Below, in pieces: positions 58,045 through 59,683 of a stretch of DNA of 59,683 bases; position 1 is the first letter of the stretch; the number at the start of each line of letters is the position of its first letter. A model generated the notes under the pieces. That model did no database searches and was not told the DNA's origin. It worked only from the letters and a program-made list of their open reading frames with translations. Both the position numbers and the translations under genes were made by a program. Location: IMG/VR virus record IMGVR_UViG_3300046806_000084, positions 1 through 59,683 of that record. One strand, written 5' to 3'. Origin of the DNA: a virus (taxonomy: Duplodnaviria > Caudoviricetes).

Positions 58045-58056
58045 AAAATAATCATC

Positions 58057-58236
58057 ATGAATACACTAACACAAAAAGATGTACTTAGTATGACTAAGCA
58101 GGAAAGAAAAGAAAGGTTAGATTATTATCAAGACCTTTGTTGTAATACGGACTACATTACAAATGAAGTATTATATAGCGTGTATGCTAAAAACGTAGAG
58201 ATATTAACACAAAAAATAGAGTACAATGAATACTAA
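58057..58236 (+). CDS. Early hypothetical protein (not in ORF track)
   Basis: 59 aa, ATG 12 nt after the ribozyme. Confidence 0.7.
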   Translation: MNTLTQKDVLSMTKQERKERLDYYQDLCCNTDYITNEVLYSVYAKNVEILTQKIEYNEY

Positions 58237-58426
58237 CAGACAAATATTAGAAAATGCGTTTAAAAACAAAACTTCGGTATCGTTTTTAATAGGTAGTAAT
58301 TTTAAAGAAGGCAATGTAAAGATAGTAGAATTAAACACAGACGATGTTTGTAATAGAAATTTTACTTACGAAACTTCAAAGGGAGACAGATATAGTAGTT
58401 TTGAAAACAATATAAATTTTATTTAA
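58226..58426 (+). CDS. Early hypothetical protein
   Basis: 66-aa ORF. Confidence 0.75.
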   Translation: MNTNRQILENAFKNKTSVSFLIGSNFKEGNVKIVELNTDDVCNRNFTYETSKGDRYSSFENNINFI

Positions 58427-58427
58427 C

Positions 58428-58511
58428 ATGGAAACAAAGGTAACATTTTCAGACATCGTTATAATGACGATATGGTGGGTAGTAATTATTTTATTTGCAT
58501 TGATATGGTAG
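58428..58511 (+). CDS. Tiny membrane peptide (not in ORF track)
   Basis: 27 aa, one TM segment, tight operon packing. Confidence 0.55.
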   Translation: METKVTFSDIVIMTIWWVVIILFALIW

Positions 58512-58576
58512 TAGGTTTTATAGCAGGTGTAGTAATAGTAGTAGCAATGATATTAATTATAAATTATATGGACTAA
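58505..58576 (+). CDS. Tiny membrane peptide (not in ORF track)
   Basis: 23 aa MVVGFIAGVVIVVAMILII... Confidence 0.55.
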   Translation: MVVGFIAGVVIVVAMILIINYMD

Positions 58577-58577
58577 C

Positions 58578-58769
58578 ATGGAAGAAAGATATACAATTGA
58601 GGTATACAGCATACCTACAGCACGAATGTATAGTTGTAAGATAGGTAACAGAACGTTACATTCAGCGGACATACAGAACATACTGGATTTCATTTCAGAA
58701 AAGAAAACAACGCCTAATGACAAAGCGGTCATGGGATTTTATGAAGACAACCCTAACGGAAAAGATTAG
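58578..58769 (+). CDS. Early hypothetical protein
   Basis: 63-aa ORF. Confidence 0.75.
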   Translation: MEERYTIEVYSIPTARMYSCKIGNRTLHSADIQNILDFISEKKTTPNDKAVMGFYEDNPNGKD

Positions 58770-58895
58770 GTTAAAAAATACTAGTACACAATGTAGAGAA
58801 AATTCTTTCACATTTATATTGTGTTAACAACCAGCCACTGTATAGTCACTGACTTGGTGTGGAGAAAGGTGCTTCAACCTGCAAAACGGTACATT

Positions 58896-58922
58896 CAGGG
58901 TAAACAGTCCTGATTTTTTTTA
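58896..58922 (+). terminator. Rho-independent terminator
   Basis: TCAGGG-TAAACAG-TCCTGA followed by a T tract. Confidence 0.7.
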
Positions 58923-58942
58923 ACAATTAAAATTTTTAAATT

Positions 58943-59236
58943 ATGGAAATTACAAACGAGTACAAAAGTACAAGAAGTGGATTCACTCACGTGTCTAAGT
59001 TATACAGAAACAACGCCTTAGTATGCGAGGCAAAGTGCCACTACATAAACAGAACGTGGGAGGTATACCCGTTTCAATCTTCAATGAAGAAGGTATTAAG
59101 TATGGCAATTGAAAAAGAGATTGCAGAGCAGAAAAGATTTCAAGGAATCAAGAGACTGACTAAAGAAAAAAGACAGGAAATTATTAATTATTCATCGTGG
59201 ATAAACGAACTAACTACTAAATACAAATCATTATGA
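58943..59236 (+). CDS. Early hypothetical protein
   Basis: 97-aa ORF. Confidence 0.8.
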   Translation: MEITNEYKSTRSGFTHVSKLYRNNALVCEAKCHYINRTWEVYPFQSSMKKVLSMAIEKEIAEQKRFQGIKRLTKEKRQEIINYSSWINELTTKYKSL

Positions 59237-59316
59237 TATCATTATTAAAAAGAATTAAGTACGAACTAATAGAGGGTGCAAAGAACTCAGCACTAGCACT
59301 AAGAAACTAAGACATT

Positions 59317-59655
59317 ATGAATACATTTCAAGTAAACATAGGCATGGGTAACAATACCCTAAGCACAGAGCAACTAGTAGACTTCTTTGCAGAGCATAAG
59401 AGGTTTAGATTAATAGCCTACACGTTTCAGTACGGGTGGTTTGAAGGCAAGCAAGAGGAAACATTTGTTGCCGTGTTTGAAAACTCTGTATCTGAGGGTA
59501 GCACGTTGGTAGAATTTGAATTGATATGCGACCTGCTAGAGCAAGAGAGCATAGCGTTACGATTAGAGGGAGGCGATGTGTTAGCATTCAATCCAAACTA
59601 CAAGGGAGAGAAGTATAAATTTAACGATGAGTTTTTCATCAACTTAAAAGTATAG
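59317..59655 (+). CDS. Putative SAM lyase (T3 SAMase-like)
   Basis: GWFEG..EET...LEQESI fits the remembered G-x-aromatic...E-x-T...Q-[ED]-[SC]-[IV] signature; early-region location. Confidence 0.6.
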   Translation: MNTFQVNIGMGNNTLSTEQLVDFFAEHKRFRLIAYTFQYGWFEGKQEETFVAVFENSVSEGSTLVEFELICDLLEQESIALRLEGGDVLAFNPNYKGEKYKFNDEFFINLKV

Positions 59656-59683
59656 TATTATGAGACTAATTAACATTAACACA
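59557..59683. repeat. Terminal direct repeat, right copy
   Basis: Identical to 1-127. Confidence 0.97.

Noticed and set aside
1-59683. Stop-codon reassignment or prophage state
   Set aside because: Long genes are intact in the standard code with all three stops used; no integrase, att context or host flanks seen

Overview
The window looks like a complete, circularly assembled genome (59,556 bp unique plus a 127-bp terminal overlap) of a tailed dsDNA phage with podovirus-like architecture. The likely host is a Bacteroidota/Flavobacteriales bacterium: many TAnnTTTG -7 boxes, several with TTTG -33 boxes, and AT-rich starts without Shine-Dalgarno motifs. The + strand arm (~57.5 kb, through the junction, to 17.4 kb) holds early, recombination and replication genes: Sak/Rad52-like SSAP, PD-(D/E)XK exonuclease, SSB, PAPS-reductase-like enzyme, primase-helicase, SF2 helicase, VRR-NUC, DnaA-C-like HTH, metallophosphoesterase and dNMP kinase. 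The - strand arm (56.5 to 17.4 kb) holds late genes: HNH, GroEL/GroES, tail fibres, small basic proteins, lysis genes, terminase, a homing endonuclease, portal, scaffold, capsid, tail and ejection proteins, and ferritin. I recognised no DNA polymerase, integrase, reverse transcriptase or CRISPR array. Most notable: (1) a canonical type III hammerhead ribozyme in the leader of the early operon; (2) a SAM-lyase-like early protein with an apparent paralogous domain inside the 1994-aa ejection protein, next to ART-like and zincin domains; (3) tRNA-shaped RNAs that keep acceptor, D and T arms but have lost a normal anticodon arm; (4) several multi-pseudoknot candidate ncRNAs; (5) an inverted pair of TGTCG-rich origin-like elements; (6) mini-genes built from shared nucleotide modules. 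All family assignments come from motif recognition by eye, not from database searches.
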